DNA from: Bacteroidetes/Chlorobi group bacterium MS-B_bin-24
GTDB lineage: Bacteria; Bacteroidota; Ignavibacteria; Kapaibacteriales; UBA2268
Length of the DNA: 64,000 bases
Assembly: GCA_003731685.1 (NCBI GenBank)
Contig: RCNO01000003.1
Coordinates: forward strand, 6,780 to 70,779
Direction: 5' to 3'
Shown here: in pieces, positions 47,604-58,700 of the stretch
Numbering within the stretch: position 1 is the first letter of the stretch
Layout: each line of letters begins with the position of its first letter
Program-made: the position numbers and the translations under genes
The notes under the pieces: generated by a model
The model's input: only the letters and a program-made list of their open reading frames with translations
Told to the model about the DNA's origin: nothing
Databases searched by the model: none

Positions 47604-49244
47604 TTAATGAATTTTGACAATTGGAAATGGTTTGGAATCAAACGAAACAACGAAATACATTCCGCTTGGAAGTTCTTTTAAACTAACTTTAAAATACTTC
47701 TTGGTGTCCAAACTCTCCTTCGGTATTCTGATAACTTCCTTGCCAAGAATATTAATAATCGAAATGTCGGAAAGTTGATAATTTTGTTCAGGCAGAATGA
47801 TTATTAACTCATCAGGATATGAAAAAATGAGTTTGTAATGAGTTTCTGGCTCTTGAACAAAAGTAATTCCATTCAAATCCCGAACTTTCATATCGATATC
47901 AGTAACATTTGCATCGGAGGTGGTAACAATAAGTTCACCCAATCGAGTGCGGAAGTCTAATGGCAAGACATTAATTTTACGGACAATGTCGAAAGGCTGG
48001 ATATTTTGGAAGGATTTTGTGATTTTTACCCTGCCATCGGGCAAATTGAATTGGTCAGAAACTTTAAGCAGTAGAATATCCGAATTCCCGTTGCTAAACG
48101 AATATGAATATCCCGCCACAAGCAAAGTTGTATCGTCGAAAACTTCGGGGACGTAACCGCTTTCGTTTTCACTACCGCCAAAAAGTCTTCCCGAAAAGGT
48201 GAAATCGGGAACTTTTATAGAGCCAATAAGCACATCTGTATTCTTTGAGTTGTCGTTGAATGCGGAGCCCGTAAGGTAAATTTTGTCTTTGTAAAGCATA
48301 GAATGAGAAATATAGCCCGAAAAGTCGTAAGTTACAGCCGAAACAAGTTCCAGTGAATCATTGACAACGATTACAAATGGGGATTTGTCCGAGTTGAAAT
48401 AAGATAATGATACACCAGTAATTAAATAATTATCGCCAAATTGGAAAATGTCGGTTGGGAAAACGTAACCGGTAATCGAGGTTGCGACATCGGATTTTAT
48501 AAAGAAAATGTTTGAGTCGTAAAATTTGCCTTGTTTTAGAAGATTTCCAGAAGAATCAATCAGAGCAATCCACATAACAGTGCCATAACTTGTGTCGTTA
48601 GTTGTTCCCGTTATAATCATATTGCCATTTTTTGCACGGGTAAAGCAGCGAATGTCCTCGCTGGCTGTGGAGCCGTAGCATTTTTGCCAAAGGAGATTTC
48701 CCATATTGTCGATTTTAAAGACAAGCCCATCGTGGGAACCATTGCCGAAAGAATAAGTCCACCCAGCAACAATAAAGCCACCGTCTTCGGTTTCGATAAC
48801 TTGGGAAACCGATTCATCGTCGTATCCTCCGTAAGTTTTTTGCCAGAGAATTTTGCCGCTTCGGTCGATTTTGATGAGCCAAATGTCGCTGCTTCCCTGA
48901 CCGAAAGATTGAGCAGTACCAGCCACAAGGATATTGCCCTCGGATATACTAATTGCCGATAGACCAACTTCGAGGAAGGGTCCGCCAAGAGATTTCTGCC
49001 AAATGATGTTTCCGTCTTTATTGCAGTAAATCAGTATCAAATTTTCGGTTTCTTGGGGAATATTATTTGTCCATCCAACGAGAAGGAAATCTTTGTTTGG
49101 GAATAGCAAAATTGAATGGATTACCTCGCTCGAAGGGCTTTCGATAAGTTTAGCCCAATATGTTGTTTGGCATATCGCAAAAAATGGGAAAAGTAGAATC
49201 AGCAGGCAAAGCTTACAAGCAGAGAGTAAATGAATTTTCAACAT
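47604..49244 (-). CDS. Secreted beta-propeller-repeat protein with T9SS C-terminal sorting domain
   Basis: 546 aa with a signal peptide. It has repeated units of about 50 aa ending in ...G(N/K)ILWQK(S/T/C)(L/Y)GG... and a C-terminal tail ...LPSGMYFVVSFDSKPFPIVKIH typical of T9SS CTDs. Confidence 0.75.
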   Translation of the reverse strand: MLKIHLLSACKLCLLILLFPFFAICQTTYWAKLIESPSSEVIHSILLFPNKDFLLVGWTNNIPQETENLILIYCNKDGNIIWQKSLGGPFLEVGLSAISISEGNILVAGTAQSFGQGSSDIWLIKIDRSGKILWQKTYGGYDDESVSQVIETEDGGFIVAGWTYSFGNGSHDGLVFKIDNMGNLLWQKCYGSTASEDIRCFTRAKNGNMIITGTTNDTSYGTVMWIALIDSSGNLLKQGKFYDSNIFFIKSDVATSITGYVFPTDIFQFGDNYLITGVSLSYFNSDKSPFVIVVNDSLELVSAVTYDFSGYISHSMLYKDKIYLTGSAFNDNSKNTDVLIGSIKVPDFTFSGRLFGGSENESGYVPEVFDDTTLLVAGYSYSFSNGNSDILLLKVSDQFNLPDGRVKITKSFQNIQPFDIVRKINVLPLDFRTRLGELIVTTSDANVTDIDMKVRDLNGITFVQEPETHYKLIFSYPDELIIILPEQNYQLSDISIINILGKEVIRIPKESLDTKKYFKVSLKELPSGMYFVVSFDSKPFPIVKIH

Positions 49245-49350
49245 TTTAAAACCTCTAACTTTTTACATTCAAAAATAGCAAAAAATTTTCAAAAAAGTTT
49301 TTGTTATTTAAATAAAATTTATTAATTTAGCAATCCTGAAAGATTGAAAA

Positions 49351-49434
49351 GCGGAAGTGGCGGAATTGGCAGACGCACCATCTTGAGGGGGTGGCGCCCG
49401 GTAGGGCGTGCGGGTTCAAGTCCCGCCTTCCGCA
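49351..49434 (+). tRNA. tRNA-Leu (anticodon GAG), CCA not encoded
   Basis: My manual fold gives acceptor GCGGAAG/CTTCCGC, anticodon stem CCATC/GGTGG with loop TTGAGGG (GAG), a long variable arm (CGCCCGGTAGGGCG) and T arm GCGGG-TTCAAGT-CCCGC. The discriminator is A and is followed by CAG. Confidence 0.88.
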
Positions 49435-49572
49435 CAGGTGTTCGGTGCTACCGTAACTTTTGGATAATACGATTGGAACTGCTCGATTGTTCATCCTAAG
49501 CCCGATGATTTGAATTTGATAAAAAAACGAGGAGTTTTCCTCGGTGTATGTTTAATAAATTCGGGGGTTGTT

Positions 49573-50262
49573 ATGGATGAACAAATCCAATCGACTGGCG
49601 AAAGCCAGGTTTATCCTGTTTCTTTCATCGACCTCAGCGTAGGCTCAATTATTTCTAATGGCTTCTCGAAGGGTTTTAAATATCTTTTTCTCTATGTGGG
49701 GTCTCTTATCCTCTGGTTTATCACCTTGTGGATTCCTTATCTAAACATTGGCACAACAATAGGACTTTATGGTCTTATTGTTAAAATGAGCAAAGACGAA
49801 AAGTTCAGCCTTGGCGAAATCTTTCGAAAGGATTATCGAAGCCTAATGCCCGATTTCTTCCTTCTTCTCGCTCTGATGACGATTGCTCTTCCATTTGCTT
49901 ATGCTTTTGTTATAATTCCCGGCATCGTGCTTGGAATAACTTGGCTTTTGAGCTATTATTTCTTAATCGACAAGAAATTATCGGCATTTCAAGCTCTTTC
50001 TGCCTCGGCGAAGGCAACTTATGGATTTAAGTGGGACATCTTCGGCGGATTGTTCATTCTCTTCCTTATTCATCTTGTTTTGATGATAATTGTTTGGTTG
50101 ATATTCAAGGAGCCTGTCGATGAATTTTCCGCTTTACCGATTGGTATTTCAACACTTTCGGTGATTGGATGGATTATTTTTATCGTGATAGGTTTGATAT
50201 TCTACTCAATTTACGCTGGTGCCATTTCGCACATTTACAAGGAACTTTCGAAAAGGGCTTAA
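49573..50262 (+). CDS. Hypothetical multi-pass membrane protein
   Basis: About 5-6 hydrophobic helices. I chose ATG 49573 (GGGGG upstream) over the tracked TTG 49510. I recognised no family. Confidence 0.55.
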   Translation: MDEQIQSTGESQVYPVSFIDLSVGSIISNGFSKGFKYLFLYVGSLILWFITLWIPYLNIGTTIGLYGLIVKMSKDEKFSLGEIFRKDYRSLMPDFFLLLALMTIALPFAYAFVIIPGIVLGITWLLSYYFLIDKKLSAFQALSASAKATYGFKWDIFGGLFILFLIHLVLMIIVWLIFKEPVDEFSALPIGISTLSVIGWIIFIVIGLIFYSIYAGAISHIYKELSKRA

Positions 50263-50338
50263 TTTTATTACTTTGGGGAAAAGAGCAGAAAGCAATGGCA
50301 CGGAAATTGCTCTTTTCCCTTCTTTTTTCGAGGTAATT

Positions 50339-50671
50339 ATGGATGAGTTTTTTCAATATGAGGATATGTTTAAATCCCAAGATGAAATTGCATTGGAAAA
50401 CGCGGTCAACAATGCGATTGTGCACTTTCAGAATCAAGATTTTGCTGCCTCTTTGCCCTTTATTGTCGAAGCAATAGAAATTTGCGAAAAGTTCGGTATT
50501 GGAATCCCAAATCTGTTTTTGATGAAAGCATTTGCAGAGATGCAAACGGGTAAGTTAGCCGATGCTTTGAACTCAATAAATATGGAGATAGCCTACTTTC
50601 CAACCAATACACGGGCATACGAACTTAAAAGTGAAATTGAAGCACTGAACAGCGGGCAAGGAATTTTTTAA
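50339..50671 (+). CDS. Hypothetical small helical (TPR-like) protein
   Basis: 110 aa from ATG 50339. The upstream part of the tracked ORF overlaps the previous gene. The helical repeat-like sequence is the only support. Confidence 0.4.
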   Translation: MDEFFQYEDMFKSQDEIALENAVNNAIVHFQNQDFAASLPFIVEAIEICEKFGIGIPNLFLMKAFAEMQTGKLADALNSINMEIAYFPTNTRAYELKSEIEALNSGQGIF

Positions 50672-50686
50672 ATGATTTAGCCCAAG

Positions 50687-50735
50687 TTTTCGTTTAACTC
50701 ATTTCCAAACGAAAAGGCTCTTTTTTTTGTTTTTT
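50687..50735 (+). terminator. Candidate terminator hairpin
   Basis: 9-bp A/T-rich stem TTTTCGTTT (50687-50695) / AAACGAAAA (50707-50715) with an 11-nt loop, then GGCTCTTTTTTTTGTTTTTT. Confidence 0.45.
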
Positions 50736-50794
50736 GAATGAGTAATTAAATACACACAGGTGTAAAGAAATTTAAACTGATTTTACCGAGGGGA

Positions 50795-51580
50795 ATGTTC
50801 AGAAGCAAGAAAAGGGAACGGCAAGATAAAGCAGAAATGTCCTTCTTGGAGCATATTGATGAGCTTCGGAAGAGAATTATAATTTCAATTGTTGGAATTA
50901 TTGTTGGATGCATACTTGTTGGAATCAAGATAGATTTTATCATAGAAAACATACTTCTGCGACCTGCAATTCAAGCAGGTTTGAAATTACAGAATCTTCA
51001 GCCTTTTGGACAGCCTTTCTTGTACTTCAAAGTCATTACCATTGGTGGTGTGATTATTGCCTTGCCTTTTGTCCTTTATCAGATATGGAAGTTCGTGGCT
51101 CCGGGGCTTTATCCAAACGAGAAGAAGTGGGTACGCTTGATTACATTTTTTACGGCGATATGTTTCTTTTGTGGCGTTGCATTTGCTTATTTTGTGATGA
51201 TACCAATAATGTTAAATTTTTCGGCATATTTTGGAACGAAGGCAATCGAGAACAAATTCGATGTTAATCATTATTTTGGTTTCATTTCGATGATGGTGCT
51301 TGTTACCGGTTTGGTTTTCGAAATGCCTATGGTGAGTTTTATCCTTTCTCGTTTTGGGATATTAACATCTAAATTTTTAAGGAAGTATCGAAGGCATTCG
51401 ATTGTAGTCATATTAATAATTGCTGCGGTATTGACACCGACACCCGACCCGATAAATCAATTGATTTTTGCCCTTCCGCTGTTTGTTCTGTTTGAACTTA
51501 GCATCTGGATTTCGGCTTTGGCAGAAAGGAAGAGGAATAGTGAAATTAGCGGTGAGAGCAGTGAGGTTAATCAAGGGTAG
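50795..51580 (+). CDS. tatC: Twin-arginine translocase subunit TatC
   Basis: Six-helix membrane protein with TatC blocks (MSFLEHIDELRKRIIISI, ...LPFVLYQIWKFVAPGLYPNEKK...). ATG 50795 has GAGGGG upstream. ATG 50837 is an alternative start. Confidence 0.88.
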   Translation: MFRSKKRERQDKAEMSFLEHIDELRKRIIISIVGIIVGCILVGIKIDFIIENILLRPAIQAGLKLQNLQPFGQPFLYFKVITIGGVIIALPFVLYQIWKFVAPGLYPNEKKWVRLITFFTAICFFCGVAFAYFVMIPIMLNFSAYFGTKAIENKFDVNHYFGFISMMVLVTGLVFEMPMVSFILSRFGILTSKFLRKYRRHSIVVILIIAAVLTPTPDPINQLIFALPLFVLFELSIWISALAERKRNSEISGESSEVNQG

Positions 51581-51888
51581 CTATAATCTATTGGAATATA
51601 AAAAAATTAAAAATTCATTTTGGAAAATTGATTTTTTAAATTAAATTGCATTTTCTTTTTTGTGGTTTTTGAATAATTGCGACGGACGAGTTAAGGATTG
51701 TGAAAGAAGATTGACACTGTTGTAGATATTAAACAAGATTTGGAAGAAAAAAGAGCAAAAAAGAAGAAAAAAGGGAGAAATTTGGAACTTCTGTTAGTTT
51801 TTTTAGTTTGTTATTTGTAATTTAGCATTTGCGGTTTTGTCCACAGACCGCAAAAGTATCTTTGGAAAATGAAAAAGGGAATTAGGAA

Positions 51889-52602
51889 GTGAAGGCGACA
51901 GTAGAAAAGAAACAAGTTGAGCAGGTGACTGAGAAAGAGCCCAGTGCCTTACAGCAGTTCATCGAAAGGAACCAGAAGGCAATTAATATTGGGGCTGGGG
52001 CTGTAATTCTTCTAGTGGCTTTGATTTTCGTTATTAGATATTTTGTTTTGAAGTCCGAAGAAGAGAAGGAAATAAAAGCTTCGGTTGCAATTTCGAGAAT
52101 TTTGCCTTATATCGAAAATGCTCAATATGAATTAGCATTACGCGGCGATAAGACCAAGAAGGTTCGTGGCGAAGAGGTGATTGGTTTGGTAGACATTGTT
52201 AGGAAATATAAAGGTGTGGCTCCATCGTATGTTGCAGCATTATATGCTGGCAATTGTTATTTGCAATTGGAAAAATATAGCGATGCAGTAGAATATTTCA
52301 AGATAGCATTGGATTCGAAATCGAATATAGTTTTGGAAGGTGCAACGGCTGGTTTGGGTGTTGCATACGAAAGTATGGGCAATTTCCAAGAAGCAATAAA
52401 ATTTTACGAAATGGCTTCGCGGTATGCTTTGCCAATTGGTGTTAAAGATAGATATTTGTTTTTCCAGGCTTTGTGTTTCGAGAAGATTGGGGAAAAGAAG
52501 AAAGCAGAGAAGCTTTACAGAACAATTATCGGGGATAATCAATCGGAATTTGTTAACGAAGCAAAGGCTGGACTTGTCCGACTTGGCACAATTATTGAGT
52601 GA
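51889..52602 (+). CDS. Membrane-anchored tetratricopeptide-repeat protein (YfgM-like architecture)
   Basis: GTG start. 237 aa with one N-terminal helix (INIGAGAVILLVALIFVI) followed by TPR-like repeats (AALYAGNCYLQLEKYSDAVEYFKIAL..., GLGVAYESMGNFQEAIKFYE). Confidence 0.7.
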   Translation: MKATVEKKQVEQVTEKEPSALQQFIERNQKAINIGAGAVILLVALIFVIRYFVLKSEEEKEIKASVAISRILPYIENAQYELALRGDKTKKVRGEEVIGLVDIVRKYKGVAPSYVAALYAGNCYLQLEKYSDAVEYFKIALDSKSNIVLEGATAGLGVAYESMGNFQEAIKFYEMASRYALPIGVKDRYLFFQALCFEKIGEKKKAEKLYRTIIGDNQSEFVNEAKAGLVRLGTIIE

Positions 52603-52701
52603 GAAATATATGGTTGTGTTAAATAAAGAAAAAGTGTTGAAAATTTTTAACAAAGAAATAGATAGTTTTAAATTAATTAGTAGCAATTATTAGGAGGAGT
52701 T

Positions 52702-55700
52702 ATGCAACGATTACTTCGTCTAAGTCTCTTTTTGGTTTTGTTAGGTATTATAACATTTAATACCTATGCACAACCACAGGTCTATGTGTCCGGGCGAGTG
52801 GCTCCGGGCGACATTCGCGTTTTCTTCAAAGATACGGTCTATATCATTAATCGCGACTTTGTGATAGGTGGAACACTTATCATTGAACCAGGAACAACTG
52901 TTCGGTTCTATCCGAACGGAAGATTAATCGACTCGGTTGGCGGTCGAATCATTGCCGACGGATTTGCTTCTGCAACTTACACTGCAAATCCCGGCGGTTT
53001 GAACCCAACTGCAATTCCCGGCTCGCAAAACAACCCTAATGGGTGGGATGGCTACTCGGATGTTAACTACTTCCTTTTTAACGGGGTAGTTAATGTTGGT
53101 ACGACACGCGACCAAACTATTCACCCGAACAAGTACGATTATATGTTTGGTGTTGTGTTTAACAAAAACCTTCGTTCTTTCAGTAATTATCCTGAAATTC
53201 CAGTGACATTAACTCCCAATCAGGTGCTTTTGCCATTTGAATATGCGATTATGTTCTATGCTGCCCGATTGAATAATGACCCAACGAACGACCTCAACCT
53301 GTGGATGCTTCCTTGGACTCGTTATGGTGGACGTTCTGTTAATGTGGTTCCTGCCAAGATTCGGTTTATTGGGCAACCCGAGAATAACTTTTCGAGAGAA
53401 TGGGGGCACATTGTAGTTCTTCCCGGGGCGAGGGCTGCATTCTTCCGAAACTGCTCTTTCGAAGGGTTCCGAAAAGATATTACTGTTGGAAATAAACCAT
53501 TCTATGGAACTAATTTAGGGGCAACTTGGACTCAATTGAACGAAACTTTGGCAAAACTGACAAATGGAACTGGCGGTGCTATTACTTCTTTGTCTTCGAG
53601 ACTCTGGCTTTTGAACTGCGAATTTAGAAATAATATGGCTCGACATCGAGGTGGTGCATTGGCATTGCTACAAGCCCCCGATGGCTATCCTGTTGACCCA
53701 ATAGTTAATACTTTACCGAATTATCCAGCCGATAAGAACCCGAACTATGTTGAAAAAGATGGTTCAATTTCCAAAATTTTAAGTAATTATCCTATTAAAG
53801 CATACGATTTGATTGATGAGGAAAGCGATGAGCCATTGACTGGTTATCTACGACAAGCACTCGAAGATGCTCGATTGGCTTTGCTCTTGGGTCGTATCCG
53901 CAATGTTAAATTCGAAAACAATTATGTGCAGCTTGCAAATGTTCGAACCCGATTAATTGGTAACCCACCAATTCCAGTTGTAACCGATGCAACCGATGAG
54001 CCTGCTGCCTACCCGCAACAATATGGCAATGTGGCATTTGGTGGTGCTATCTACATTGCAGGTCGAGATGACCAATATGGGCAAGATACTCGAATTGAGG
54101 TTGGACTTGGTGTAAACAATTCAATTAAAACAAATTCAAGAGGGTTGGTAACCTTCTCCGATGATACATTCGAAGCTATTGGCAATGTTGCAAGCAACTA
54201 TCAAAATAATGGTAATACATTTGGTGCACGTGGTGGTGCTATCTATGTTGGTGCCAACACTTCATTGATTGTTGCTGGGAAATTCATTTCTAACGAAACC
54301 TATGTTAAATATTTACAGGATTCTATAACTGGAACCAATAGCGGGTATTTCTCTCGTGGTGGTGCTATTTACTGCGAAAATACTTTTGGTAGGCTCCAAG
54401 TGAAAGGTGGTCCGAAACGACAGAATGTGAACGAAACTGAATTTACCAATAACCGTTCTGGTTCTGGTGGTGCAATCTTTGTCGATGGGAACACTTATCC
54501 CGAGATGTCGCCTGTAATAGGTGGTTCCGATGCAACCCCAATTACTCGTGACTATGGCTTCAATATTAGATTTACTGGAAACACTGCTACTGCGTTTGGT
54601 GGTGCCATCTACACATCGCGCAATATGAGCGTTGTTGGTGCGGGTGGTGTCGTAGGAACTTCAATTATTGGTTATGGTGGATTTTACCCTGTTGTTTTTG
54701 AAAACAACAAGGCTGGGTTTGGTGGCGGTGCCATCGAGATACACATTCCACAAGGTTCCTTGTTGATACCACCGCAACAGAAAGCAGTTGAATTACGAAG
54801 AGTTCAATTTATCAACAACACGGTTGGCGAAGGTGTTGCAGAAATCAACAAGCCATATATTCGTGGCGGTGGTGCAATGTACACCATTAACGCCGACTTG
54901 AATGTTGTTAAGGGCGTGCAATTCATTGGCAACAAGGTTTACAATGGTAATGGTGGCGCCCTTGCAATGGTTAACCCCGAAACAAATACCAAGAGATACT
55001 TTGTAACCGATGTTGACCAAGTAACAGTTGACCCAGTTACCTTGTTGGCAGTTGACTTTACTTCGACCAACGATGTGTTTACATATAAGTCGAGTGCTTA
55101 TCCACCCGATACAAGAATGTTGACGCAATTCCTCGACAACGAAGTTCTTGTTGAGGATAATATCCTTGCTTCTCAAAGTGGAAGCGGTACAACTCAAATC
55201 GAGGCTGGAACCGAACAAACTGTTGCTGACCTTTATGATGTAGCATTTTATGATGCAACATCTGGATTTGCTGTTGGTCAGAACGGAACGATAATAAAGA
55301 TTACCCAAGGCGGAGATAAATGGCAATATACAAATTATTCTCAGCCATATCGATTGATGTCCATTGTATTCAAAGGAAACAATGGCTTTATTGCCGGCGA
55401 TAGAGGTGTGATTTTGAAGACTGAGGACAATGGTTCAACCTGGCGAGAAGTTCATCCAGCAATTTATTCCTATGTTCTAAATGACATCTTCTTCCCAACA
55501 GCAACTGTTGGATATGCAGTTGGTTCTAATGGAATGATGCTTAAAACTACAGATGCCGGCGAAACTTGGACACAAATTGGTGATGGAGTAACTAACCATA
55601 CTTTGTGGAGTGTTTACTTCGTTTCGGCAACTCGTGGTTATGTTGTTGGCGAAAGAGGAACAATCCTTGTTACTACCGATGGTGGTGCAACTTGGGATGT

Positions 55701-58700
55701 TCGCTTTGCAAATACATACGCTACTTTGAAAGATGTGTACTTTACAGACATTAACACAGGATATGTTGTTGGACACTGGGGTGTGATTTTAAAGACAACC
55801 GACGCTGGCGCTACCTGGGCTAAGATATATGAGAATCCTCAATACAGCTTCAACAAAGTAGTGTTTACTTCGTTGACCACAGGATATGTTTTTGGTGAAT
55901 ATGGAGTTGCTTGGAAGACCGAGGATGCCGGAGCAAACTGGACACCTCTTGACATTGGAAGTCCTTACAGTGTCTATGGTGCTATATTCCCAACAAATCA
56001 ATGGGGATTCATTAGTGGTGACTATGGCTTGCTGAAGCGAACACTCGATGGCGGTGCTACTTGGAGCGATATTAAACCAGCAGATGCTCGCTATGTTGAC
56101 GTCCGCCGTAAGAATTGGGACACCGACCTTCCCGAAAACGGAGTTGGTCTTGGTGGTGCAATTTACATTCTTGATGTTGTTGATGATAATCGTGCTAATC
56201 GAGTTGATACGATATTCTTCAACAGAGTTCGGATTCAGAACAATAAAGCTTACACTGGTGCAGCAGTTTATTCCGATAATTATAATCTGCGATTGGTCTT
56301 CAATCGTTCTTTGATTACTGGTAACGAAGCTTATTCAAGGATTGGATATGAGCAAAATGTTATTTCCGGTCCGGTGAGAAGAGATAACAACCGCAACATT
56401 GTTGGAAATGCTGCATCGAGCGACCTTGCCGGAGCGATTTTGTATGGCGAAGTTGTTGGACCATTGCCATCTACATTGGCTCCCGAGGCTGCAAACTCAA
56501 TTTACAATAATAAAGCAAGATTTTTGATTAGGCTACCTGATGCACCGAATACAAAGGGTGTTCTTGCTGGCTCGAAAGTTGGGTTTGGCGGTACCGATAC
56601 ATTACGTGGTAATTACTGGGGTAGAACAGAAGCAAATGTGGTTCTTTCGGTTGTTTACCAAAAGAAGATTATCGCAATTAATGGAAACGATACGATTTAC
56701 GCCGAACCAGCTCAAATGGAAACATTTTTTGTGGACTCCGACTTTAATCCGAAGAACGAAACATACCTGAAGTTTATGTTCCCAGCAACTGCTGACCCAC
56801 GCGAGCAAGGACCATTTGAATCGACTCATAAATTTACATATCGACCAATTCCACTTGATAATGGTACGGACGAGAATACACCCGGACAATATAGTCTACC
56901 TGAGAAGCTTTTGATGTCTGGTCTTGTTTATGACCTATATGATAAAGGAACTGATATTAAAGTTGCCGACTATTCGAATCGACGAATGGTTCCAATCGAA
57001 GACTTTGCCGTTGGAATTCCGCCTGTATTGCGATTGTTCAATGACCCGTCGATGCCCTCTTACGGTAAATATGTGAAGCGATGGACAAGAGACCCATTTG
57101 TAGCCGAGGCTAAGGATGAAAACGGTAATTTGAAGTATCCTTTCATCGCTGCAATGCAAGATGAGTTCAGACCAGATGAAAATGGTGAATATTATCATCC
57201 GATAGGATATCCATTATTCCTTGAAGCCCAAGTTAATTATGAAGGCTTAGCGGAAAGGTCGAACCACGACCCGAGATTGCTCAACGAAACAGTATTCTTT
57301 GTAATAAACGAAACCACAGGTGATTATATTCGAGTTCCATTGCAACAAGTTGGCGAGAATGCACCATACCGCGAAGTATTCCGTGCTCGCGTTGAATTAG
57401 TGCCCGATTCAACAAATAGGAATCCGAATACAACAATACGAAGGACCGAGGAAGGCTTGTATAACTTAGGTGCCGGTGACTATCTGTTGCGGCAACTGCG
57501 ATGGAACCCAGAGAAAGAAGACCGTGGTGCACTTCCCGGCAGAAGGTATCACGCTGGAACCACAGCATTTGGAAAGGTTCCGAACCTCTTCTCGAATCGA
57601 CCATCGATGCCACCATCGAATCAAGGGAACCAAACCTTCTACGCTGGTGAGCGATATCGTGCATTGCCGGTTGATACGGGTGATGTTGTAAGAATTGTTT
57701 CCCGAACAGTACTCTGGAAAGAAGGTGTTGATCTTGCTTATTACCACGGAATTAGCTTCAAGATTGTTGGTTCAACTGAACCACCAGTCTTTACTGGTAA
57801 CATAGTACATTTGCAAAATGATACTATAGTTAAGATTGTGCCTTCTGAATTCCCGAGCCGTCAAGGTAAAACCGATACTTTGAAACTTGTTGAGTTCTTG
57901 AATACTATTTTCTTGACCGAAGACAGGGAATATCCTCAATATCCCGGAACATATTCTGGATTGCGACCCGAAGAAGGACAAGGACGCGATAGTATTCTTG
58001 CTGTAACAGCTATGGACACAAATAAATACTTCGACCCGCGTTCATTCTTGTTCCCGAATTCTTATGCACGACTCACATATCACTGGTCGGTTGAGCCAAC
58101 AAGTGGTTTGTCGCGATGGTTACTTGTCGATACAATTCCCGCAGGTGACCAGACTGTGATTAATCCGAAGGACAATGCACTTGGTTATCTTGTATTCCGT
58201 GGTAAACCGATTAACCCATATGTTGTGCCCGGTGGTGAATGGGTATATGTCCGCGCCGAAAACTATCCGCCAGCATTCCGTGTTATCGATTCTCTGAAAG
58301 CTGCTGGCGTTAGCCAAGATACAATTGACAAATTCATTTATACTTTTGCACCTTATCTGAGTGCTTATAAATATGATGTTCAGAACGCAAGATACTTACA
58401 GCAAGATACGATTCTTAATGGTGGACAGTATTATACAGATTATGCCTTTAGAATCTTCGTTATCGATAGTGTGCCAAGATTTATGGATTGGGTCGAAACT
58501 CCCGAAGAAGCCGACAATCGTGCTGAGACCATTTACAAGAGGATTGACCGAGCTGGAACAAATGTCGTACCTTATGTGGTTTATAAGCCATCGGTTTATA
58601 CCTGCGGTATGACAGAAGATAATAAATTGAAGGCTAATTTGACTAATAAACTTCGATTCCAAGTTGACTTCAACACTGATGACGAGTTAGAAGATTTGGC

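Noticed and set aside
49245-49510. tRNA-Leu locus examined as a possible integration hotspot or genomic-island boundary
   Set aside because: I could see no integrase gene, no direct repeat of the tRNA 3' end downstream, and no phage or transposon genes in the flanks.
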